Part shown: positions 56,492 to 64,000 of the stretch, one piece after another
How positions within the stretch are numbered: the first letter of the stretch is position 1
Layout of the letters: every line of letters begins with the position of its first letter
NCBI GenBank assembly: GCA_016844925.1
Contig: JAERTI010000056.1
Span: 96,533-160,532 of the forward strand
DNA: 64,000 nt
From: Candidatus Uhrbacteria bacterium
Lineage (GTDB): Bacteria > Patescibacteriota > Patescibacteriia > UBA9934 > GWF2-40-263
Reading direction: 5' to 3'
The notes under the pieces: model-generated
What the model saw: only the letters and a program-made list of their open reading frames with translations
Databases searched by the model: none
Told to the model about the DNA's origin: nothing
Translations under genes and position numbers: made by a program

Positions 56492-57794
56492 GACAACCAT
56501 CAAAGAGTTCGGGAAGCAAGCTCACATCCTCACGGAGAATAAAGAAATCTGTAAACTGAAGTTTCTCGTTATATTTTTGCAACAAATCTGAGTAGTCGAA
56601 GATCGGCACAAGTCCCTTACCCATGAGCATCTGCTTTTTCACAAAGATCGGCTGCGCTCGGCCCTCCTCTCCCAAATGCGTCAACTCACGCGCAACGGAA
56701 TGCGTAAACCAACGTGCTCCCATGAGCTCACAACGCTTTTTCAAGTCCTCAAGATCCTTCATGTCCTGCGGGTTGCGATCATGCAAGCGCATCACACGCT
56801 TAGCAGGAAGCCGGTTCATCAAATGATGCGACCAGTAGTTCTTCTCGTCCTGCGCGGCATCAAACAATTTTTCAATCACGACCCCATCGCGAAGTGCAAC
56901 ATACGCATAGGGATCCGTCGGAATCTGCAAATCAATCTCTCCAGTCTCGATCGCTTGTTCAAGATAGTGCGTGAATCCTGCCTTTGTTTTGTGGAAGTAC
57001 ACCTGGTCCACCATGTGATAGCGCGCTAGGAGCAAATCCTCAAATGCACGCACTCCATTCTCCGAGATCGTGAACACAAGCTCATCGTCTCGCTGCGCCA
57101 CCCCCATAGAGGAAATCAACCAGTCGATATCATACTGCCCGTAAGCGACGCCGCAGAAGTAACTATCGCGCAGCAAATAGTCCATACGGTCTGCATCGAC
57201 CTCACCCGAGATCAGCCCCTTGAGCACACGCTGCAAGCTTGGGATCTTCTCGATTCGTTTGTAGAACCACGCAGACGGCTTAATGGATCCATGGACAAGC
57301 GAAGCGATGTCCTGTGCCAAGTTTCGATCAAGCGCTCCTTCATCAGCCATCGTCTGGATGAGCAGTACGCTGTAATCCTCGTGCACAGCCTGTCGCGACT
57401 CTTTCTCTCGCCACCACCCCCAATCAAGCGGCAGGTCTTCCAGCTGCGGAAATACAATCTCAGAAGCATGGGAGAATGGCCCATGACCAATGTCGTGGAG
57501 CAAACCAGCAAGCCTAACGCGCATTCTAAGGGCCTCAATATCGTCTCCTGAGAGCTTTTCTTTGAAAATAGATGAACTACTCATGACACGACCAAACAAA
57601 CGACCAGCCACATGCATAGCGCCAATGGCGTGAGAGAACCGGTCATGCACGGCCCCTGGGTACACATACGACTGCAGGAAGCCTAGTTGTGAGATAAACC
57701 GCAGCCGTTGAAAAAACGGGTGGTCAATAATCCCCCGCTCAAACTCGCTAAAAGCGATGCGTTTATGAATTGGATCTCGAAGTTCAAAGCTCAT
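56484..57794 (-). CDS. HD-domain dNTP triphosphohydrolase (dGTPase-like)
   Basis: HD motif (VHDRFSHAIGAMHVA...LLHDIGHGPFSH); 436 aa with Dgt-family architecture. Confidence 0.75.
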   Translation of the reverse strand: MSFELRDPIHKRIAFSEFERGIIDHPFFQRLRFISQLGFLQSYVYPGAVHDRFSHAIGAMHVAGRLFGRVMSSSSIFKEKLSGDDIEALRMRVRLAGLLHDIGHGPFSHASEIVFPQLEDLPLDWGWWREKESRQAVHEDYSVLLIQTMADEGALDRNLAQDIASLVHGSIKPSAWFYKRIEKIPSLQRVLKGLISGEVDADRMDYLLRDSYFCGVAYGQYDIDWLISSMGVAQRDDELVFTISENGVRAFEDLLLARYHMVDQVYFHKTKAGFTHYLEQAIETGEIDLQIPTDPYAYVALRDGVVIEKLFDAAQDEKNYWSHHLMNRLPAKRVMRLHDRNPQDMKDLEDLKKRCELMGARWFTHSVARELTHLGEEGRAQPIFVKKQMLMGKGLVPIFDYSDLLQKYNEKLQFTDFFILREDVSLLPELFDGCQK

Positions 57795-57805
57795 AGGCCA
57801 TCAGC

Positions 57806-58567
57806 TTACAACACAAGAATCAGGACGCCCAGGACCACACGTAAAACAGCCAACTCGGCGTAACTGTGAGTCTTCAGGAACGCTAGAAGGGTCTTAATCG
57901 TGAGGAACGCGGTGATGCCAGCTGTGACAAACCCAACAAGGAGTGGGAGCACCTCAATCGCCACGGCTCCCGTCACAACATCCTTCAGCTTCACCAAACC
58001 AACGATGGCGATCGTCGGGATGCCGAGCAGGAACGAGAATTTCGTTGCCGTCTCCCGTGAGAGCCCCATGTGAAGCCCGGCGGTAATCGTGATACCTGAT
58101 CGAGACGTTCCGGGAATAAGCGCGATCGCTTGGGCCAGACCAATGCTCATAGCCCTCTTAAGCCCCACGTCCTTTACCTGATCTTTAGTTTTTACCGCTC
58201 GACGATCGACCAGATACAACACAACTCCCCAAACAATAAACGACCAGGCGACCACTTCCGCCGACCGAGGATCAAAATCGATCAGCTCAAAGATGCCACC
58301 GATGATGAGAACAGGAATTGTCGCGAGCACAAGCCACGTACTCAGAGAGCGCCCGTGCTTCTTCTCGCCCAACAACTTCACCTCTGGCCAAAGGGCCACC
58401 ACCACCGCCATGAGCGTTGCAAGATGAATCACCGCATCGAATGCTACATCCTGAATCTCCCAACCAAAAAGCTCAGGAATCAAAATAAGAAATCCTGAAC
58501 TTGAAATGGGAAGAAATTCTGTCACCCCTTGTACGAGACCAAGAGTAAACGCCTGAAGCAAATCCAT
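57806..58567 (-). CDS. uppP: undecaprenyl-diphosphatase
   Basis: MDLLQAFTLGLVQGVTEFLPISSSG and PGTSRSGITI motifs. Confidence 0.85.
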   Translation of the reverse strand: MDLLQAFTLGLVQGVTEFLPISSSGFLILIPELFGWEIQDVAFDAVIHLATLMAVVVALWPEVKLLGEKKHGRSLSTWLVLATIPVLIIGGIFELIDFDPRSAEVVAWSFIVWGVVLYLVDRRAVKTKDQVKDVGLKRAMSIGLAQAIALIPGTSRSGITITAGLHMGLSRETATKFSFLLGIPTIAIVGLVKLKDVVTGAVAIEVLPLLVGFVTAGITAFLTIKTLLAFLKTHSYAELAVLRVVLGVLILVL

Positions 58568-58569
58568 AC

Positions 58570-61458
58570 CTAGTCGAATCGAATGGCCTGACCTGACTTA
58601 AGGGTACCTGATTGAACTGAAGGAGCTGTGGTTTCTGGCTTTGGTTTCTCTTGCGCAGGTGCCGGCTGTTCTTTCTTTGGTGCAGCCTCGACGCGCTCCT
58701 TCGGCTTACGCTCCCCCTCTCCTGTCGAGGGCCTGGACTCGCCACCAGCACTAGGCTTTTTCTTTCGACGTCGCTTTCGTTTCTTCTTCGGCGCATCAGA
58801 TGAACGCCCCTGCCCCCTTGTAGCGTTCGATTCTCTTGGCTTACGAGGAGTAGATGTCCCCTTTTCCTTCCCCTGATCTTTACGACGCTCCGCACGAATC
58901 TTCTCAAGACAATCCTCACAATACATCGGACGGCTTCGATCAAGCTTCACATCGGCTGTGAAGTTCTTTGTGCAATCTGAACAGGTGTAGTCACCGCTGT
59001 CGTGGGCAACATGTGAAGCTTCTGCCTTTGGTGCATCCACCTTTTCTGATGGCGCACGCTCTATCTCTTGTCGTGGTGCCCGATCCTCATCAGCCTTCTT
59101 CTCACTCTCAACCTCTCGAACAACCTCAACCTCTTTCCTGGTCTCTACCCGCTTTTCGCGGCGAGTCTCTCGCTTCTTATCGTCACTCCTAGACGATGTT
59201 CGTTCTCCACGCGATCGATCACCTCGCTCATCTGTTCGACCATTCTTTGACGCAGCAGATTCCACTGGTGCTTCTTCTCTCGGTGCGGTTTCCTTGGAAG
59301 GCTCCTGCCCCTTCACTGGCTCAACAGCAACAGCTTCAGCTCTAACTTGAGGTTCTTTCTTTGGCTCTGCCGCAGCAGTTGGTTCCGTTTGAGCGACAGG
59401 CTCTGCCGCTTTCTTTGGAACAACTTCTTCTTTTGAAGCCCCTTGTGCCTTTGCCTCCGATCGAGTCTCATCTGCTCCAGCAGTCCGTGCGTCCTCAGAC
59501 GCAACGTTAGCGTTTGATTCGTCAGCAGCCTTAGCCTCTTGTTTCTTTTTGCCAGCTTCGACATCTTTCGTCGCTGCACTCGTTGCCTCAGCTTGCGACC
59601 GACCCGCTCCACCTCTATCGACGTCCACTTGCTTGGATTCAGTGCTAGCCACTGTCTCGTCGGTCGTTTTTTCATGCTCTACAGCAGCAGTCTTATCCTC
59701 CGATTCTTCCTTCGACTCATTCTTTAATTCTTCTTTCGACGATCCCTTCGTATCCTTCCTCAACGCCTCTAGCCCAACAGCGGCCTCCTCAACAGGCTTC
59801 TCAACAACCTCTGTCTCTGCTGGTTTTGGTGGCTCTGGCCGTGGCTCTTTCTTCTCAGGAGCCCCAGCCTTCTTCCGGTCATCCTTCTTCCTGTCATCAC
59901 GAGCAGGCTTATCAGCCGTCTTAGGCTTGTCACCTGCCTTGGGTCTTGGTGGACGCTTCCCACCCTTCTTTTTCTCCTCACGAACAATCGTAATACAATC
60001 GTCACAATAAATCGGACGACTTCGATCTAGTTCAACGGGCAACACAATGTCGGTGTCACACCGCGTACAGTTGTACTCATGACGTGGCTTTCCTCCTTTA
60101 CCACCGCCACCACTGGCCGCCTTCTTTTTCTTCTCTGCTTCTTTGTACAAATCTTCGACATCATGATCGGCCATGCCACTCCAGATCAAGATCTTCTCCT
60201 CGATCTGTTCCCGAGGTGCCGCATAACGCTCACGAGAAATCTTCGTCACTTTATCGAAACTATGAGTCTTCTCTGCAATTGGTGGAAGTGTCACCGCAGA
60301 AAACGGCATGGAGGTCACACCGTCGATGAGGAGCTTCAGGTACACATTATATTTCGGCAGGTTGATGATGTCCTCAGGGGTGAAGCGAGGCATGAACTCC
60401 TGCTCCATAAACATCGCATCAGGTGAACCCACACGAAAGGTCACCATGGTTCCAACGTTACCAAACACCGCATCACGCACCGCCTCTGAAAGCTGGGCGA
60501 TGTACTGGTGGGCCATGGTCAGACACAAGCGATACTTACGTGCCTCGGACAAAATCGACGCAAACGAATCAACGGCAAAGTTTTGGAACTCATCAACGTA
60601 CAAGTAAAAGTCGTCACGCAAGTGCTCTGGTGTGTCCACGCGCTCCATGGCGGAGAGCTGAATCTTTGTCACAAGCAAACCACCCAAGAGACGGGAGTTA
60701 TCTTCTCCCACACGCCCCTTGGACAGGTTGATAATGAAAATCTTGTTCGAGTCCATGATCTCACGAACGTTGATCGTGGACTTCACCTGCGAAACAATAT
60801 TTCGGATCACGCTCGCAGAGAGAAACTGACCGATTTTGTTCTGAATCGCCGCCGTCGCCTCTGTGGCATACTTCTCTGTCCAACTCGCAAATTCCTTCAC
60901 CCAGAATTGTTTCACCACTGGATCTTTAATATTCCCCACCATCCGCTTTCGATACTCGGCGTCAGACATCATGCGGTTAATGCCCAAGAGCGTCTGCCCC
61001 TGGTTATCAAGCAATGCCAAAATGGTGTTGTTCAAGATGTATTCCATTCGAGAGGACCACATTCCCTCCCAAATCTTGGCAAATACTCCCATCATTCCTG
61101 AGGCAACCAAGTGTTTATGCCGCTCTGAAACCGCCTCAAGAATATTAAACCCAACCGGGTAATCAAGGTCGGCCGGATTGAAATACACCACGTCGTTGAG
61201 ACGCCATGACGGGATAAAGTCGACAAGTTTCTCAGCGGCATCTCCGTGAGGATCGATGTAGCAACAACCATGCCCGGCATAAATGTCGGATAGCATCAGG
61301 TTCTCCATCAAGGTCGACTTTCCCATACCCGTCTTTCCAATGACGTACATATGTCGTCGACGGTCGTCCGTCTTGATGCCGAACTTCGTCATCGCATTTC
61401 GGAAATTGGTCTTTCCGAAATAGATCACTTCGTTCTCATGGTCGTGATTCATGCTCAT
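58570..61458 (-). CDS. VirD4/TrwB/TraG-family (type IV coupling protein-like) P-loop ATPase with a ~530-aa charged low-complexity C-terminal extension containing two zinc-ribbon repeats
   Basis: Walker A (VIGKTGMGKST), Walker B-like (FYLYVDEFQNF), T4CP signature (RKYRLCLTMAHQYIAQL); no TM helix; the tail has two C-x2-C-x17-C-x2-C units sharing LDRSRP(I/M)YC(D/E)DC. Confidence 0.6.
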   Translation of the reverse strand: MSMNHDHENEVIYFGKTNFRNAMTKFGIKTDDRRRHMYVIGKTGMGKSTLMENLMLSDIYAGHGCCYIDPHGDAAEKLVDFIPSWRLNDVVYFNPADLDYPVGFNILEAVSERHKHLVASGMMGVFAKIWEGMWSSRMEYILNNTILALLDNQGQTLLGINRMMSDAEYRKRMVGNIKDPVVKQFWVKEFASWTEKYATEATAAIQNKIGQFLSASVIRNIVSQVKSTINVREIMDSNKIFIINLSKGRVGEDNSRLLGGLLVTKIQLSAMERVDTPEHLRDDFYLYVDEFQNFAVDSFASILSEARKYRLCLTMAHQYIAQLSEAVRDAVFGNVGTMVTFRVGSPDAMFMEQEFMPRFTPEDIINLPKYNVYLKLLIDGVTSMPFSAVTLPPIAEKTHSFDKVTKISRERYAAPREQIEEKILIWSGMADHDVEDLYKEAEKKKKAASGGGGKGGKPRHEYNCTRCDTDIVLPVELDRSRPIYCDDCITIVREEKKKGGKRPPRPKAGDKPKTADKPARDDRKKDDRKKAGAPEKKEPRPEPPKPAETEVVEKPVEEAAVGLEALRKDTKGSSKEELKNESKEESEDKTAAVEHEKTTDETVASTESKQVDVDRGGAGRSQAEATSAATKDVEAGKKKQEAKAADESNANVASEDARTAGADETRSEAKAQGASKEEVVPKKAAEPVAQTEPTAAAEPKKEPQVRAEAVAVEPVKGQEPSKETAPREEAPVESAASKNGRTDERGDRSRGERTSSRSDDKKRETRREKRVETRKEVEVVREVESEKKADEDRAPRQEIERAPSEKVDAPKAEASHVAHDSGDYTCSDCTKNFTADVKLDRSRPMYCEDCLEKIRAERRKDQGKEKGTSTPRKPRESNATRGQGRSSDAPKKKRKRRRKKKPSAGGESRPSTGEGERKPKERVEAAPKKEQPAPAQEKPKPETTAPSVQSGTLKSGQAIRFD
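58895..58990 (-). repeat. intragenic repeat copy 2 (encodes the second zinc ribbon)
   Basis: DNA and protein similarity to 59990-60075 (YTCSDCTKNFTADVKLDRSRPMYCEDC versus YNCTRCDTDIVLPVELDRSRPIYCDDC). Confidence 0.55.
59990..60075 (-). repeat. intragenic repeat copy 1 (encodes the first zinc ribbon)
   Basis: See copy 2. Confidence 0.55.
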
Positions 61459-63224
61459 ACGGGCAGATTGGGTGGTACGTAATCATCTGTCTCTTCGGAC
61501 ACTTCTTGGGCACTAGCAGGCGCATCCGTCGGCGAAGGTACACTCAAAGGTGCATCAAGTGCCTCATGCTCTGCCTCTTCGTGCTGCGCGCGCATAGCCG
61601 CAAAATTCTCAGGGTCGATCACCCGAGGTGCTGGTGTTACCTGTTCAAGTGCATCTGGCGCAGGTGCTTGTGCTGGTGGCGACTCGATCCTGCGAGCATC
61701 TAACTGTGTAGGCGCTACCGGCCGTGGAAGCGTGCCAGGAAGTGGCTCATCAGAAACATCGGTTGGCAGCCCAATCGGTGGCGCTCCTTTCTTTGTCGGC
61801 TCACCTGCCCCAACAGGCAGTCCTGGAATATCCTCAGCAGGAGCCGGCTGCTGATCATACCCAGGCAAAATGTTCTCCATGTGCGTAATAGGCAGCCCCA
61901 CAGGTGGTTCGCCGCGCTTGGACTCGGACTTGCGCACAAGCGGTGCTTTTACCGTAATCGTTGGGAAGTGCCAGAGCGTGGCAAGCTCCTCAGCATTCAA
62001 AAAGATCGGGTTGGCACCGACACCAAAACTTCGACCCTTGTAGGCACGTATAAGCTTCCCCTGACGTGCTGTATACGCCAAACGCATCCACCAGTAGTCA
62101 TCTTTAGGAACCGTCGGGATGTAAAAAGAAAATCGGTTTAAATTCAGGTGAGCGTACTGGTTCAACATTCCTTTGATGATCGCCGTACGCTCCACCTTCA
62201 CAAAAGCGTTCTTCTTCGCGGAATACAAGATGCGAATCTTTACCCCATGTCCCACCTTGGTGGTCTTGCGCAAGACAGCCTCCGCCTCGTCCTTCTGTGG
62301 AAGCGTCATCTTAAACGCCTTCCACGGGTCATCCTCGGTCTCTCCAGGAACGCCAAACAACAATGGATTCAGGTCGATACCCAGCGCCTCATTCAGAAGA
62401 CCACTTGGCCAGGACATAAGGCTCTCAAGCGCCGAAAGGAATGCGCTCTTCTTTGGCTTGTCCTCATCGCCGTAAATTTTTCGTACGTGCTTCACACCGT
62501 GCTCTGCCCAACTGTTTGTGGACGGCTGTACAAGCATCTGGAACCAAAAATGCTCTCCGGGTTTCATCTTGGCCATCTGCTCAAGCATGTAGCCCAGTGG
62601 ATCCTTAATCTCTCCCGTCAGCCGGTCCTCAAAATCGACATACGTCCGAATGGGGTACATGTAGTGCCTGTCGAGCGTAATCTCACCTCCCCACATCTCG
62701 TACTCTTCATCCGGAAACTCACTTGGGAAGTTTGTGACATAATCTTCCACCTCAAAGATCTCCGCGTCAGGATAGTGCGCATAGATACCCGCCTCGATCA
62801 CATCACGGAAACGCGTCTGTGTGCGAATCAAAAACTGGATGTAGCCTTCCGTCGAGATAATCTCAAAGGAAAACGTTGGGTGGAGTTTTCCGTAGATCCA
62901 TTCTTCCTTCCAGGTGATAGACGACTTGGCGCCATAGAGTGTCGCAAACAAGTTCTCCAGCGCCTTTGGTGTCTGCTCTGTCATGGCTGGAACATCAATC
63001 GCCAAGAGTACATACTTTAGCCGACCCACATACTTTCCCTGCCTGGAGTTTTTCCACATCGCAATGAATCCCCAGAACAACGTGACCACGATAGGAATCC
63101 ATGCGGTCCAAACAAAAACATCCCAAAGGATGACATCAATCCGTTGGCTAAAATACGCAGACCAACCGCTACCTCCGGCCGTTGCGACTTCATTCACAAT
63201 TGGGATGGCAAGCATGGGTAACAT
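61455..63224 (-). CDS. hypothetical membrane protein (2 N-terminal TM helices, large soluble domain, Pro-rich C-terminus), translationally coupled to the T4CP-like ATPase
   Basis: ATGA start/stop overlap with the downstream ATPase gene; N-terminal helices VILWDVFVWTAWIPIVVTLFWGFIAMW; the C-terminal 150 aa are P/A/E-rich. Confidence 0.4.
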   Translation of the reverse strand: MLPMLAIPIVNEVATAGGSGWSAYFSQRIDVILWDVFVWTAWIPIVVTLFWGFIAMWKNSRQGKYVGRLKYVLLAIDVPAMTEQTPKALENLFATLYGAKSSITWKEEWIYGKLHPTFSFEIISTEGYIQFLIRTQTRFRDVIEAGIYAHYPDAEIFEVEDYVTNFPSEFPDEEYEMWGGEITLDRHYMYPIRTYVDFEDRLTGEIKDPLGYMLEQMAKMKPGEHFWFQMLVQPSTNSWAEHGVKHVRKIYGDEDKPKKSAFLSALESLMSWPSGLLNEALGIDLNPLLFGVPGETEDDPWKAFKMTLPQKDEAEAVLRKTTKVGHGVKIRILYSAKKNAFVKVERTAIIKGMLNQYAHLNLNRFSFYIPTVPKDDYWWMRLAYTARQGKLIRAYKGRSFGVGANPIFLNAEELATLWHFPTITVKAPLVRKSESKRGEPPVGLPITHMENILPGYDQQPAPAEDIPGLPVGAGEPTKKGAPPIGLPTDVSDEPLPGTLPRPVAPTQLDARRIESPPAQAPAPDALEQVTPAPRVIDPENFAAMRAQHEEAEHEALDAPLSVPSPTDAPASAQEVSEETDDYVPPNLPV

Positions 63225-63242
63225 TGGCCTTATTGTATCAAA

Positions 63243-63265
63243 AAACTGGGGAGAGCCCCAGTTTT
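63243..63265 (-). terminator. palindromic hairpin terminator after secF
   Basis: ctgggg-agag-ccccag, with TTTTTT on the minus strand and TTTTCTT on the plus strand. Confidence 0.45.
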
Positions 63266-63271
63266 CTTATC

Positions 63272-64000
63272 TTACTTTTTTGACAGCTCCCACTGTACCA
63301 GCGCAGGACTGGCTAGGAAGAGCGATGAGTACGTTCCCACCGCGATTCCGATAATGAGCGCGAGCGCGAATGGTCTTGTGCTATCCCCACCAAGGAGGAA
63401 GATGGCCGCAAGAGCCAAGAGGGTCGTCACCGAGGTGTTCAGTGAGCGCATAAATGTCTGTTTGATGGAGAGCTCAACGGTGTCCTCGAATGTGTCGGCA
63501 GCGCGACGCATGAGGTTCTCACGCGTTCGGTCGAGTACCACCACCGTATCGTTAATCGAGTAACCAAGAATGGTGAGTGCGGCAGCAACGAAGGCTGTAC
63601 CAATCTCCCATCCGTAGAAATGCCCCAGCAGAGCAAACGCTCCCACGGTGATAATCACGTCATGAAACGCGGTAAGGATGGTGAGCAGTCCATACTTCCA
63701 CGAGGCAACAGGTTCTGAAACCTTGCGGAACGCCCACGCCACATACAGTCCGATCAACAAGAGTGTGACGAGCACACCGATCGAGGCCGTACGACGCAAC
63801 TCATTTCCGATAACAGGACCAATGGAATCAAACCGCATCTCTTCCAGCTCACCTGCAACCGTTGCCAGGTTTCCGAGAAGCTCCTGATGCTCTTCTTCTG
63901 TGAGATCCTTCGATCGGATAATAAGCGCGTGGTCACCACTAGACTGGATGGACAGGCCGGTATAGCCAAGTCCCTCCATCTGACTACGTACCTGCTCGGC
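63272..64000 (-). CDS. secF: protein-export membrane protein SecF/SecD family, 3' portion (the 5' end lies outside the window)
   Basis: Conserved GYSINDTVVVLDRTRE motif and 4 C-terminal TM helices; the frame stays open to the window edge. Confidence 0.6.
   Translation of the reverse strand, partial: AEQVRSQMEGLGYTGLSIQSSGDHALIIRSKDLTEEEHQELLGNLATVAGELEEMRFDSIGPVIGNELRRTASIGVLVTLLLIGLYVAWAFRKVSEPVASWKYGLLTILTAFHDVIITVGAFALLGHFYGWEIGTAFVAAALTILGYSINDTVVVLDRTRENLMRRAADTFEDTVELSIKQTFMRSLNTSVTTLLALAAIFLLGGDSTRPFALALIIGIAVGTYSSLFLASPALVQWELSKK

Noticed and set aside
59313-60010. Plus-strand ORFs (120, 153 and 78 aa) inside the low-complexity tail region
   Set aside because: Repetitive K/R/L-rich translations of the antisense strand of the charged tail; compositional artefacts.
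62148-63020. 290-aa plus-strand ORF antisense to the 589-aa membrane protein gene
   Set aside because: No ribosome-binding site and no motif, and fully contained in a longer, better-supported minus-strand ORF.

Overview
This 64-kb window looks like chromosomal core DNA from a small, compact bacterial genome of about 48-50% GC, read under the standard genetic code. Genes are tightly packed, often with overlapping stop and start codons. Several features suggest a reduced-genome, Patescibacteria/Saccharibacteria-like or Gram-positive-like organism, though this is inference only: a CIRCE (HrcA operator) element in front of clpB, a truncated AlaRS, an RpoA without an alpha-CTD, and a VirD4-like ATPase.

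The housekeeping content is: atpD (3' end) and atpC; a UvrD/PcrA-type helicase fused to a PD-(D/E)XK nuclease; mreBCD-mrdA-yibEF-greA; lysS, a cytidylyltransferase, a NUDIX hydrolase, alr and ftsQ; an M23 peptidase; gltX; a WecB/TagA transferase; clpB; a PriA-like protein; def-fmt; a five-gene surface-glycan cluster (O-antigen ligase-like, GT2, GT2, GT4, Wzx); a ribosomal/rpoA/infA cluster (rpsI, rplM, rplQ, rpoA, rpsD, rpsK, rpsM, rpmJ, infA); alaS, murJ, a PduL-type phosphotransacylase, corA, an RlmD-like methyltransferase, era, mnmA, an HD dNTPase, uppP and secF (partial).

The most striking feature is six short islands of about 60-65% GC with a strong GC preference at third codon positions. 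Each holds one or two genes with its own promoter, GGAGG-type ribosome-binding site and rho-independent terminators, inserted between native operons. Their products are an ACP-like protein plus a membrane protein; a secreted protein plus a small protein; a 429-aa orphan protein; a C-terminal-REC protein plus an acidic protein with a palindromic operator between them; a HAD hydrolase; and a small REC-like protein.

Also notable are a translationally coupled pair of a membrane protein and a VirD4/TrwB-like P-loop ATPase that carries a roughly 530-aa charged low-complexity tail with two zinc-ribbon repeats, a PriA homolog lacking Walker A/B motifs, and RpoA lacking the alpha-CTD. No rRNA, tRNA, CRISPR array, transposase or integrase was recognised.
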